DNA of 64,000 bases from Vicugna vicugna (taxonomy: Eukaryota). The notes under the pieces were generated by a model. That model was not told where the DNA came from, made no database searches, and worked only from the letters and a program-made list of their open reading frames with translations. Shown here piece after piece: positions 36,656-48,430 of the stretch. The stretch covers positions 558,001-622,000 of the forward strand of contig MU057701.1 in assembly GCA_013265495.1 (NCBI GenBank). The letters run 5' to 3'. The position numbers were made by a program, and so were the translations under genes. Within the stretch, counting starts at the first letter, position 1, and each line of letters begins with the position of its first letter.

Positions 36656-37499
36656 AATTAATTTAAAAAATATCCAGTCATATTTGGGATCCTTTTGTTA
36701 AATGGTGAATCCAATGGTGAATTCAATAGCTGTTCTTTAACGTAGATCTTTTATAAGGTCCAACTGTTGGACACAGGGTTTTCTTAAAACAAGACAAGTC
36801 CTACCTAAGCAAGTTCCTTAGGTAGGAACTCTGAATTCACAATGAGGAATGCTCCGTGTCTCAGAAGAACCTGTTACAGAGCTGGCAAGTATTAGAGCAC
36901 CCTGGTTTCTGGGAATCAGAGAGGCTGGGCTACTGACTGAATTCTAAATAGTCTTAATCCATCACTGGAAAGATGAATGGCCCAGCTGTAGTATTTTGCA
37001 CCTCAAGCCTCAGAAACAAATTTGCAGTCTCTTAAGAGCTCCAGTTTCAACTCTCCTTTCCAGCGTTCAGGTTTCCATGTTCTATAACTTAGGAAGCAAT
37101 CAAATGATATGCAGTCGTTCTAAATATCCTGCTTTGATAAGGATGTGGAAAAAGTACTGCTGTAGCAGAGTAAACTAGATTAAAATTCAGGGTCCCCAGC
37201 TGTCTAACGTGGAGGCTGTTTCTAATTTGCCTGATGCCTCTAGATCCTTGTGGAAACAGAGGAGCGTGGGTTTGACCTTGAAGTACTGAAATGGGGGTTG
37301 GAAAAGGGAGGGAGGTGTGGTGGCAGCAACCTAGCCATCATTGTACAAGATGCCTGTTTTCTTACCACAACAGCAATGCATCTTCCTTGCAGACTGAGGA
37401 AAATACAGGTCTACCAGAAAATGCCCACAAACCTGACACCCAGAGTTAACCACTCTTGAATGTTTTTGCATATACACTGCACGTATAAACCTTCCTTCC

Positions 37500-37620
37500 T
37501 GTGCAAACATTTATTTCTGCAGTTAACAAAATATTTATTGAATGCTTGCCATGTGCCAGTCCCTAGGGATAAAGCATGAATGAACCAGACTAAAGCCCCT
37601 GTCTGCATGGAGTACATTGA
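37500..37620 (-). mobile_element. L2 3' fragment
   Basis: AACAAAATATTTATTGAATGCTTGCCATGTGCCAG..GCCCCTGTCTGCATGGAG. Confidence 0.7.
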
Positions 37621-37899
37621 ACCTCTTTCCATGGCAAAGGATATCCTTATATAACTTTTATAGATTTATCAATGAATAAAACCTAAGCCCGACCTCTGCC
37701 CTTAAGAAGACTGCCATTATCAGCAGTTAGCCTGCTTGCCCTATCCCTAGGATCAATTTACTTTGTGTTAAATCAAATTGATTGTAGTAAGTCAAAATTT
37801 GGAAAATAAAAGAGCCTTTGTTGGAGCAAGACTTACCATTGGATGAATTTGCCCCAGCATCTTTTATTATACAAGTTGTACTTTGGCATCTTCTAGAAA

Positions 37900-38017
37900 A
37901 TTTTTTTTTCTTTCTCTTATTTATTTGCTTTTCCAGTTTTATTGAGATATAATTGACATACAACACTGTATACGTTTAAGGTGAATAGCATAATGATTTG
38001 ACTTACATATATTTTGA
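37900..38017 (-). mobile_element. L1 extreme 3'-end fragment
   Basis: CCAGTTTTATTGAGATATAATTGACATACAACACTGTATACGTTTAAGGTG. Confidence 0.8.
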
Positions 38018-38349
38018 ATATTTTCTGCTTCTCGAGGAATGGCCTTCACCTCCTTTAGACTCTTGAATTTCTAGGAGTGAGAATTTCCAGTATATCCCAG
38101 GTTCATTAACCATGTCACACTCACTAAAGTTATTCTCAGTCTTCCTAGCTTTGGCATCTCTGACTATCATTTCTCAAGCTCTGTCCCCAAGGGAAAAAAT
38201 AATAATCTTTTTTCCAGGATAAAAGGGTTCCATGCTCAAATAAATCTGGGACATGGTAGGGTAAATAAAGTCACTATGTCTTATGATAAATGACTTTTCA
38301 GAACCTATACTACGCCTTGGAATAGTCTCTCTGGAAAAGAGATCTTCGT

Positions 38350-38560
38350 TTATTCATTTAACTACAATCTATTTATTGCACATCCACGTGCCAGGACCTG
38401 GGGTTACACTAGTGGATAGGACAGACAGGTTCTCTCTTTTCACATTCTAAGTGGTTGAAACAGCTGCAAATAAGTAAATCCATACATGAAATAAATAAGT
38501 GATTTCTGATAGTGATAAAAGCTGATAAAACAGTAAAACAAGATGACATGGTAGAGTGGA
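38350..38560 (-). mobile_element. L2 3' fragment
   Basis: TATTTATTGCACATCCACGTGCCAGG..TTCACATTCTA..GATAGTGATAA. Confidence 0.6.
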
Positions 38561-38827
38561 AATAGAGTGTTTTCACTTTGGGAAATATTGCTTTTGATAG
38601 ATAACTGTAGTTTTGTGCATTTTACCTCTTCTTTCTGGCTTACCATTAGTTTTACTGTTACTCAGTATGTTTAAAATAACTGCGCCTCGATCAGCTGCTA
38701 TTTTAGCATGACTAGTTCACTATTGGAAATACAGGCACGTATGACTCAATGCTGATGTTCTCAGTGACCAATAACGAGGCATTGGGCTGGAGTTAGGCTC
38801 AGAGCTGGTGGCCATGACCATTAATAG

Positions 38828-39265
38828 CTATAACAGATGCTGTTGGTGCCCTGCCCATGTTCCTTCATCTTTACCAATTCAGTGCACTTGGGCCTGACTT
38901 CTGACTTCCAGCACCTGCATTTCTTTGCTTGAAGATTTTTCTGGCCTATAGGTCGTTTTGCTGCCCATGAAGCTATGCTTCCCTGGAGCAGCCCAACCAA
39001 TGACTGACAGGAGCTGCTATATAAATACCCCAGCTCTCTCACCCTTTGGAGTGGGTAAATCTAAGGGGTGCATCTATGTGGTTTTGCAGGTTTCACCAAT
39101 GCAGTTCAGCTCAGTTGCCCAGAGTGGTAACTGGCTTGAAACATACCATTTATTGCTTGTCTTCCCTTCCCTGTATTACTTCCCCTTTCTCTTCACCTCC
39201 CAAATAAGTCACTTGCACTTGAGTTGTTTTCCAGCATCTGCTGCTGGGGGAACCCACACTAAGCA
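38828..39265 (+). mobile_element. ERVL solo LTR (LTR16E/LTR33-like)
   Basis: CAGATGCTGTTGGTGCCCTGCCC..CCAATGACTGACAGGAG..TATAAATACCCCAGCTC..CCTCCCAAATAAGTCACTTGCAC..GGGGAACCCACACTAAG. Confidence 0.75.
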
Positions 39266-40119
39266 CTATAGCCTGAGTCAGAATCAAATCTATAACCTTG
39301 AATTCCACTCTCAGTGATTAGTCTGACAGATGATGGGTCATGTCATTTAGCTGGTCAAGACAAATGAAAAAAGAGAAGACAATCTAATAACATCATCTAC
39401 AACATGAAGGGGAAATCCACTCAACTCTAGAATGATGTAGCTCATTTTCAGTGGCAGTCTTGACCAATGCCTTGAGCAACTGTACATTGCACACTTGATA
39501 TGTAATTGAATGTGAGTCAGCAGTTTATAACTACATGTTAGTCAACATAAACTCTGCTTTAAGAAAGTCAGAATGATGTCTTAGATAACAGCTGTCTACT
39601 TTCCGTTTAGACATTTGATTGAACTGGCACATCGTAATTCTGATTTAAAAAAAAAGTGATGGCTAAGTACGTCTGGATTTTAGCTCAGGTTGTTTTAGAT
39701 AACCTGAAGATTAGACATTTCTCTCGCTTGGCATCCTGTTATACCAAAATAAAGAGATAAAATAGAAAAAGTTTGACATTATTACTAATACAGTAGATCT
39801 TAATAATTAGTCACATTTCCTTTCTTGGAAAGGAAACATCTATCAAAAGTCAAATAGTGAAAGTTTATATTTTACTTCTTAGGCCTCAAGAAATGCTCAT
39901 AAAAGATAAAATGATTTATGGATTTAGAATGCAAACTTGAAATTGTAAAGACAGCATTGATGGGGATAAAATTTTCTCAACCGGGAGGTTGACATCTTAG
40001 TATTGTCACCTAGATGGAATTCCAGAATATTACTTCCATTTTGACAACAAAATCACATTTTAAGAAACCTAGCCTATTTTAATACTCTCATTTCTAGTGT
40101 TTTTGAAAAGCTGTCAGTT

Positions 40120-40494
40120 ACTGTTTGTTGCTGTTCTTCAAATGTTTCTAGTACACTCTCCTTCTGGATACACAGAGAACTGTGTTCATGGCTGGGTGAG
40201 GCCACATGACTAGTTCTGATCAATGAGCCTTAACTGGGATGACATATTGCCGCATTCAGCATCCGCTTGCTGGTGTAGGTCTTCCAAAGTTCTCTCTATT
40301 CCCCTTTTGTGTGGTGACCAGCAAAATTCAAGGTGGTGGCTGCTCTGTCAGCCCAGGTCCCTGAGTGACAAGGAGGATCAGAGTAGCCCTCTTGACTTGC
40401 TTGAGCAAGAAGTAAACACTTTGGCTGTTTTGAGCCATGGAGATCTTGGGGTTCTTTGTTACCACAGCATAAAAGGCCAGTCCTGACGGATACA
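40120..40494 (+). mobile_element. MaLR solo LTR (MLT1J-type)
   Basis: GGCCACATGACTAGTTCTG..CTGCTCTGTCAGCCCAGGTCCCTGAGTGAC..TTGTTACCACAGCATAA..CCTGACGGATACA. Confidence 0.75.
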
Positions 40495-41559
40495 GCTATA
40501 GATGTAACATATACAGCAAATTATAGGGTGCAAACTTTTAGCTAATTCTATAATGTTGTCACAGTGACATTAATAAAGAGGTTTTTGTGGTTGCTTTTTA
40601 AAAAAACTGAACACATAAAATCAGCATTTAAAAGGTACCATAGAAATAAACGTCGTTGGATATGGGCAGTTGATTTGTATCGGCTATCTTTTATTTGATC
40701 ACTTCCCATTCCTTATGCTTAGGATTTTGGAAATTCTGAAATACAGATGAATTTCTAGTGTTGCTGAGAATTGGATTCTGAGAAGAAAATGTTGCAGGAA
40801 TTATAGAGAGCATTTTTGGAATAGTGCCAAGCATAATACTTGTCCTTAGAGAAAAAAATGCCAGAGAGCACAACTTGAAATTTGGGGTCAGGTTGGAAAG
40901 CACAACTTTTCAAAACACCACCCCTCTAATAAACACTTTCATGAGGGAGACATTTCTCCTTTCCCTTCCCCATTATTTTTCTTCCCCATTTCCTCCTACT
41001 ATTGAACTACAGATTCTTGTGTTCAGTAATTTCCCCATTAAATTATATGAAAAATATTTTCAGTCCTCTAACTGCATAACCAAATATGTAAGTTTTTAAC
41101 TAGTTGCAAGAGGCATCTATGTCTCATTCATGGCTTTCTTTGAGTTGAGTCACTTAAGGTTATTACTTGCTTGTCTGCTTGCTTGTCTTTGTAAAAAACC
41201 AAGTTAGGCTGGGTTCATTCGTGACAAGCATTACCCCAAACTTGAGTCTTGGTCTCCCCCTGTTTACAATGGAATTTCTGAGTCAGCCTTTGAATTCCAG
41301 TCTACTGAGATGCATGGAAAGCACTTGCTGTTCCCCTGTGGTTAAGCCCTCCTGAGAGTGTTAGGTGCAGTTTGTTCTAGAAAAAATGTTTTCACTTGTG
41401 TCAGACTTCTCAGATGGTTTTAACCCAGATTCATACATGTGATTGAAAGAGTTATCATTACTGCAAGAGGTTAACAGAATTCTTTCTATTAAGAACAGAT
41501 AAGAGAAGGTTGAGGCTGACAAGGTCAAAAATGAGTAAGTGGGTATTTTTTAAATTCCA

Positions 41560-42265
41560 AAGTACATACATAACCCACCCATATTTAGAGTAAGAAGTCT
41601 TCTTTCAACCTTCCCAATTCTGTCCTCCTCTGCAGAGCTTACCACCATCACAAATTTGCCATTTGGCGGGGGTGGGGTGAAGTATATATAGCTCAAGTGG
41701 TGGAGTGCATGCTTAGCATGCACAAGGTCCTAGATTCAATCCCTGGTACCTACATTAAAAAATAATAACAATTAAAATTAAACCTAATTACTTCCCCCTC
41801 CAGAATGTGCCATTCATCCTTTCAGACTTTATTCTCTGTGCATTTACAAACATGAGAATAAGACTGACTTAGGTTTTTTTAAAATATAAATGTCCACATA
41901 AGACATTATTAATAAACTTGCTTTTTCAAAATTTAATGTTTATAATGGAAGTCTGTGCAAGTACACTTACATCTACCACATTCTCTTTAGCAGCAGCTCA
42001 TTAAATAGATGAACAAAAATGTATTGTCTTAATGATGGACATTTAGGAAGTTTCCATCTTTTGCTGTTACAAATAAGAAAAATCTGTTTCCATAAACTTA
42101 TTTGTTAGTTTCTTTATATCTTCATGCATATGTGTATTTTCCCAGGATAGATTCCTAAGGTGGAATTACTAGTCCGATTTATGCACATCTTCAATTTTAT
42201 AGACCTTGCCATCTTGCCTTCCCAAAAAGCCGTATCACTTTATAGTCCTACCAACAGTGTTCCAA
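41560..42265 (-). mobile_element. Old L1 (L1ME-type) fragment hosting a SINE
   Basis: GATGGACATTTAGG..TTTGCTGTTACAAA..GGATAGATTCCTAAGGTGGAATTACT..CCTACCAACAGTG. Confidence 0.6.
41665..41801 (+). mobile_element. tRNA-Ala-derived camelid SINE (Vic-1 type), diverged
   Basis: TAGCTCAAGTGGTGGAGTGCATGCTTAGCATGCACAAGGTCCTAGATTCAATCC..AACCTAATTACTTCCCC; degenerate TSD with core TGCCATT. Confidence 0.9.
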
Positions 42266-42396
42266 ATTTCAGTGATCTTCTTTTTCTAAGTTATTTCTTT
42301 TCCTTTTTTTTTTTTTTTGGTGTCTCTGGGTGGGCTCAAATCTTGGTTATTTCTATTTCCTTCTCTTTCACTATATTTCCTGGCTATCTATCTATA

Positions 42397-42622
42397 TAGC
42401 TGTCAGCTGAAATACAGGATGCCCAGTTAAATATGAGCTACAGATAAACAAAATATAATTTTTTAGTATAAATATATAAATTATATAAATAAATTTTTTA
42501 GTATAAATAGTCCCAGGCAAAACCTGGGACATACTAATACTAAAAAAATTATTTATTGTTTATCTGAAATTCAGATTTAATTGAGTGCCTTGTATTTTTA
42601 TTGGTTGAATCTGGCAGCTCTA
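42397..42622. mobile_element. MER53 palindromic hAT MITE
   Basis: AAATACAGGATGCCCAGTTAAAT..CAGATAAACA..TTTTTAGTAT..GTCCCA/TGGGAC..ATACTAAAAAA..TGTTTATCTGAAATTC..TGTATTTT..AATCTGGCAGCTCTA; self-complementary. Confidence 0.9.
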
Positions 42623-42799
42623 GTTTACCTAATACCAGAGACAAGACCTCATTCACTCCTCAGGGAACTTACTTACCTTCTAGTGATGGAGAAGGACTGT
42701 TGGAAAACTCCCTGTTTTCCTTACTGTTGCCAGAGGCTTCTTTCTGAGGAGAACAGAATCTCTCCTTACAAAGATGAGTCTTTTGAATTCAGAATTTGC

Positions 42800-42960
42800 A
42801 CCTCTTCGGGAGTGATGGACATGTTAGCTATCTTGATTGTGCTGGTGGATTCACTGGTGTATACATCTACCAAAATTCATCTAATTGTACATCTGAAATA
42901 TGTGTAGTTTACTGTATAGGAATCATACCAGAATAAATGTTTGTTTTTAAAAAAAAAAAA
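42800..42960 (+). mobile_element. L1 3'-end fragment
   Basis: GTGATGGACATGTTAGCTATCTTGATTGTGCTGGTGG..CAAAATTCATCTAATTGTACA..AATAAA plus A tail. Confidence 0.75.
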
Positions 42961-43074
42961 AGATGAAACTTTTCCTTCAAGGTCTGCCCGCTATGCTGGG
43001 CGCTAGGCTCATTTACCCATCGCCAACAGCCATTCCCTCTTCAGCCCTGCACATCCTCTCCCTCTCAGTACTTC

Positions 43075-43820
43075 TTCTTTTTTTTTTTTTCTTAATTGTG
43101 GTAGAAAACACACAACATGAATTTACCCTCTTAACAGTTTTTAAGTGTACAGTTCAGTATTATTAACTTTATGCACATTGTTTTACAACAGATCTCTGGA
43201 ACTTATTCATCTTGCATGACTAAAACTCTATTCATTCTCTGGTAACCCTGACGACCACCATTCTACATCTCTTTCTGTGAGTCTGATTACTCTGATGCCT
43301 TTTATAAGTGGAATTATGCAGTCCCTGTGTATTTTGTGATTGGCTTACTTCACTTAGCATAATGTCCTCAGGTTCAGCGAGCATGTGGCAGGATTTCCTT
43401 TTTTTGAAGCTGAATAATACTCCATTGTGTGTATACACCACATTTTCTTTATTCATTCATTGATGGACAGATGCTTCCACATCTTGACTATTGTGAATAA
43501 TGCTGCAATGAACATGGGTGTCAAATATCTCTTTAAGATTGTATTTTGAGCTCTTTTGGATGTATATGCAGAAGTAAGATTGCTTCTGGATATGGTAGTT
43601 TTCTTTTTAATTTTTTGAGGAACCTTACCTCTATCCGGTTTTCCATAGCAGCTGCATTTTACATTCCCACTATAAGGGTTCCAGTTTCTCCACATCCTCA
43701 TCAACACTTGTCATTTTATTATTTTTTTTCATAGTAGCGATTCTAAAGGGTGCGAGGTGATGTCTCATTGTGGTTTTGGTCTGCATTTCCCTAATGATTA
43801 TTGATGTTGTGTACCTTCCC
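43075..43820 (-). mobile_element. L1MA/L1MB-type 3' fragment with decayed ORF2 C-terminus
   Basis: ORF 43453-43707(-) contains TPMFIAALFTIVKMWK, matching the L1 ORF2p C-terminal MFIAALFTIAKTW motif; poly-T at the left end. Confidence 0.92.
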
Positions 43821-43849
43821 TCCCACCTTTACTTTTACATTGTCAACAT

Positions 43850-44255
43850 TCTGGATAAATAATATGGCATATCCATACATTGGAATATTATTATTTCATA
43901 CCATAAAAGGGTATGAACACTGATACATACTACAAGATGGCCAAACCTTGAAAATATCATGCTAAGTGAAAGAAGCCAGACAAGAAAGGCTACATACTAT
44001 GTGATTCCATTTATACGAAATGTCCAGAATGGGCATATCCATAAAGACAGAAAGCTGATTACTGGTTGTCAGAGGCAGTAGGGGGGAGAATGGGAATTAA
44101 GTACTCCCCGGGATGGGATTTATTTTGGGAGTAATGAGAATGTTCTGAAATTTGACAGTAGTCTTGGTTACACAACCTTGTGTGTATATATAAAAAAACT
44201 ACTGAATTTTATACTTTAAAAGAATTTTATGATCTGTAATTTCTATCTCAATTAA
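43850..44255 (+). mobile_element. L1MB-type 3' fragment
   Basis: AACCTTGAAAATATCATGCTAAGTGAAAGAAGCCAGACA..GATTCCATTTATACGAAATGTCCAGAAT..TATCTCAATTAAA. Confidence 0.88.
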
Positions 44256-44854
44256 AACACTCTTAACAGTTACATTTCATTCTCTAATCCTAATAATGTC
44301 TTTAGATTATTTCTAAAATTGAACACCAATAAACAACATTTATGTGATTATTGCTGTGTAAACATTGCTCACTGCAGGTCCAGGTGCTAGGGTTACATGA
44401 CCTTGCCTATGGGATCAGTGTGACAATGCAAGAACCACCTGAAAAACAACATTTCGTACGCTGTGAATTCTCTTGTCTGTGCTATCAGCTACAGCTTTTT
44501 TGTTTTCCTTGAGTTCCTACTTATCTTTCTTTTTCATATGGACAAAAAATAACGTGCTTTCGCCATCTAGTGCAATCAGCATGTTCGTGGCAACAGGAAG
44601 TCCCCTTACTTCTCAGAGTCACCCTCATCTTGTCCCAACCCACCAGTCACTATCCACACCCTTTCACTGCCCGGCTCAACATTTGATTGAATTTCTTGTC
44701 GTCTTCCCTTTTTTGTTCTCTTCCCTTATTTTGCAGCCTCTTGAATGGGTATACTGTCTTGGAAATTCCACAGAAGAAAGAGTACAGGAGAGAGAAACCT
44801 TCTGAATCCTAACATGCCTGAAAATACCTGAATTTTGGTCTTTTACTTCACCCG

Positions 44855-45000
44855 TGCCTCACTTTTCTCTTCTGTGCAAGGGGGGTGATCATAATCGCAC
44901 CTACCTATGAGTTATTAATGAGGATTAAGTGAGTTAGTGTGTGGAAAGCTGTTAGACAGTCTTTGGCACATGATAAATTTGTTCAGTAAACATTAGCCGT
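44855..45000 (+). mobile_element. MIR fragment
   Basis: GTGCCTCACTTTTCTC..CACCTACCT..GAGGATTAAGTGAG..TGGCACATGATAA. Confidence 0.75.
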
Positions 45001-46684
45001 TAATGTTGTAATTGAAGCTTGTTAGATGTACCGTATCCTTCAGCACTCTGAAAACACCGTAAGGACTAACAGTAAAGTATTAAGATGAAAGTTTGTGCGA
45101 TTAAATAGACAATCCTATTACCGTAGTTGCACCGTAGGCTTATGAATTATTCCTTAGTGTTTTTCTTCTCTTCCTTCATAAAGTCGTAATCAGTGTTTTA
45201 GGATTTATTTGTGCTTTTTTTTTTTTAAGTCACTACGCTGTCTCAGCTCTGGATTTTTAGTAAAGTGCAGTCTCTTCCAGGAAATGGATTTAAATTGTAA
45301 TGCAAATTTGGTTTAGATGTATGAAAGCAGTTTTGGAGAGTAACAGCGCAGGCTACTTAAGGAGTTTGGAAAATTTAGGACATTGAAGATTTAAGGAGTA
45401 AGTTGGCCCAGGTACAAAAGCACTAAAACATAAACCTGTAGGGGCCGTCGAAGAGGATTTGGGGTGGCAATTAGGCTGTTGGCAGTAAGTGACGTCTGCC
45501 ATGGGGTAGCAGGTGCATTTGTCAATCCTGGCCTCACCTTAACACTTTCTCAAGAAGGAAGGTACAAGTGCTGTGAAGAGGCTCGGACAGGGAGAGTGGG
45601 TTTGGCCTTGAGTACTTAGGGAAGGTGCCTGGGGAAGTTTGAGTGAGCTTAGTCGGATGATGTTAATTAGGCAAAAAGAAAGGTTGAGGGTACCATGCGT
45701 TCAAAGGCTTCTCGGACAAGGGGAGTAGGCTGGTGTGTCTGAGACGCAAAACTCTAAAGAAGAGGAGGGCCCCTGACCCAGCTATGGGAGGCACCCTACT
45801 CATCAGGGCATCCAGCCTGGGCCATGCTGACTAGGGCTTCATTCCAAGAGCAGTTGAAGGGCTTTGTCTTGGGAAGCGACAAAAACAGATTTATAGTGAG
45901 AAGGAGACAGAGAGGGGCAAAGGTGGATTCAAGCACTCCTCTTTGGAAGCTGTTATGGGGTCCAGAAGTGGTTGTATCTTTGACCAAGGGAACAGCTGTG
46001 GGATGGAGAGAATCAGTTGGAGGTGAGAGTTACTGGGAAATAAATCTCCAGGATGTGCTAGTGGGTGGAGTAGGGAGGCATCAAACATGACAGCTTGGAT
46101 TTTCCCACTTGTAGAACTGGGTGGAAGGTGGTAGGAACTGGGAGAAATTATCAAATATTGAACTGCCTCCTCTCACAAATGAGTGTACTAAAGCTTAGCA
46201 AAGGTAAGGGACTCTGATTTGAAAGGGAAAGGGTTTCTGGATAACTTCTTTGCAGCCCTTGCATTTTCTCTAATGAGTCTGTGGAACATCCTTCCCCAAA
46301 GGAATGGGGTCACTTGACCACTCTATTGAGTCATTTTCATTTCCTTTTGTATCTGCCTGAAGTTTAGAGCAAATGAAAATATGACAACAAACAAAATATG
46401 TACAAACAAAACACAAAAACGCCACTCAGATCTTCCCATTTTCTCAGATAGCTGCAAAACAGGTCTTATCTAAAGCAGCTGAAAAGGCACAGAGACAATA
46501 ATTGCTTTGCTATTCCAGGAACTGGCAGCCATATGTGCAAAACTATCGAAGAATATGATTTCAACCTTCTGCTGAAAAGTTATAAGGAAATGTCTAGAAT
46601 CTCTCTAGAACCCATTCCTCCCTGGGGTAAAGGGACCTGGAAAACATATTTTAACAAAGGAATGTTTAATATATTTGAAATTTG

Positions 46685-48430
46685 TCATCTGTCTTTTTTT
46701 CTTGGTCAGTCTAGCTAAAGGTTTGTCAACTTTGTTGATCTTTCCAAAGCACCAACTTTTGGATTCATTGATTTTTTTTTCCTGTTGCTTTTCTCTTCTC
46801 TATTTCACTGATTTTCACTCTCGTTTTTATGATTTCCTTCTTTCGACTTCTTTTAAGTTTAGTTTGTTCTTCTTCCCATGTCTTCAAGTGGAAGGTTAGG
46901 TTATTGATTTGAGATTTTTCTTGTTTTTCAATGAATTCATTTACAGCTATACATTTTTCTGTAGGCACTGCTTTAGCTGCATCTCATAATTGCTATGTAG
47001 TGTCTTAATTTTTATTCCTCTACAAGTAATTTCTAATTACCCTTGTGATTTCTTCTTTGACCCACTGGTTATTTAAGAGTGAGTTGTTTTAATTCCACCT
47101 ATTTGTGAATTTCTCAAATTTCTAATTTCATTCCATTGTTGTCAGAGAACATACTTTGAATGAATTCAGTCCTTTAAAATTTATTGAAGTTTGTTTTACG
47201 GTCTAGCATTCTGTCTGTCCTGGAGACTGTTCCTTCTGCACTGAAAAGAATGTATTCTGCTGTGTTGATTGGAGTGTTTTGTGAATATGTCAGGTCTAGT
47301 TGGTTTATGGTGTTCAAGTCTTTTCTTTGCTTGTTGATCTTCTGACTGTTTTATCTGTCCATTATTGAGAGTGGGATTTTAAAGTCTCCAACTATTATAG
47401 TTTAATAATCGATTTCTCCTAACAATTCTTTCAGGTTTTGCTTTATGTATTTCAGGGCTCTCTTAGGTGCATACATGTTTATAATTGTATCTTCCTGATG
47501 GGTTGACCCTTTGGTCATTATAAATTGGCCCTCTTTATGTCTGGTAACATTTTTTTGTTTTAAAGTCTACTTTGTCTGATATTAATACAGCCATTCCAGC
47601 TTTTTATGGCTACTGTTTGCATGATTTTTTTTCCATCTGTACTTTCAACCTATTTGTAACTTTAAATCTAAATTCTCTTGTAGACAGCTTATAGTTAGAT
47701 CTTGTTGTTTTTTTTTTTGAAGCAAGCCTGATTATCTCTACTTTTTTTATTGGATTGCTTAATCAACTCACATTTAGTATTATTGATATAGTTGGATTTA
47801 CATCTGCTAATTTACTTTTTAGGTTTTCGCATCTCATGTCTTTTTTGTTCTAGCTCCCTTTGTTGCTTTCTTTTGCATTGAGTATTTCCTAGTGTAGCAT
47901 TTACATTATTTTAATGATTTTAAAGAACTTTTTAAAAAGTTATTTTCTTAGTAGTCGCTCTTATGCTTACCATATATATATAGCGTAATTTATCAGAATC
48001 TATTTCAGATTTATATTAACTTAATTCCAGTGAGACATAGAAGACATTCTTCACAGAGACATTTGGAGAAACTGAGAGAAGAAAAGAGAGTATATATTTA
48101 TAGAGTTTGTTATATTAAACTACTTATTTACTGTTTCTGGCTATCTTCATTGGTGTCTCTGGATATGAGTTATAATACTTATCACTATTTCCTTACTCTG
48201 GAAGTGCATACCTCCTCCATGCTGTTATTGTCAAATATACTATATTTCTATATGTTACAGACCCAACAGTTCAATTCTATACATATTGTTTTATAATGTT
48301 GCTTTTTAAAGTCAGTTCAGATAAGAAAGGAGAAGAAATATGCATTTATACTATTTTTAAAATTACATAAATACCTTTACTGGCACTCTGTCTTTTCATG
48401 TGGATTTGAATTGCTATCTGGGGCTGCTTG
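46685..48430 (-). mobile_element. L1 (L1MC/L1MD-type) internal fragment spanning the 5' part of ORF2
   Basis: ORF 46765-46968(-) [49 protein letters not shown] aligns by eye to L1 ORF2p [42 protein letters not shown]; multiple stops and frameshifts. Confidence 0.9.

Noticed and set aside
46765..46968. ORF as a host coding exon
   Set aside because: It is a decayed L1 ORF2p fragment within a multiply disrupted element.
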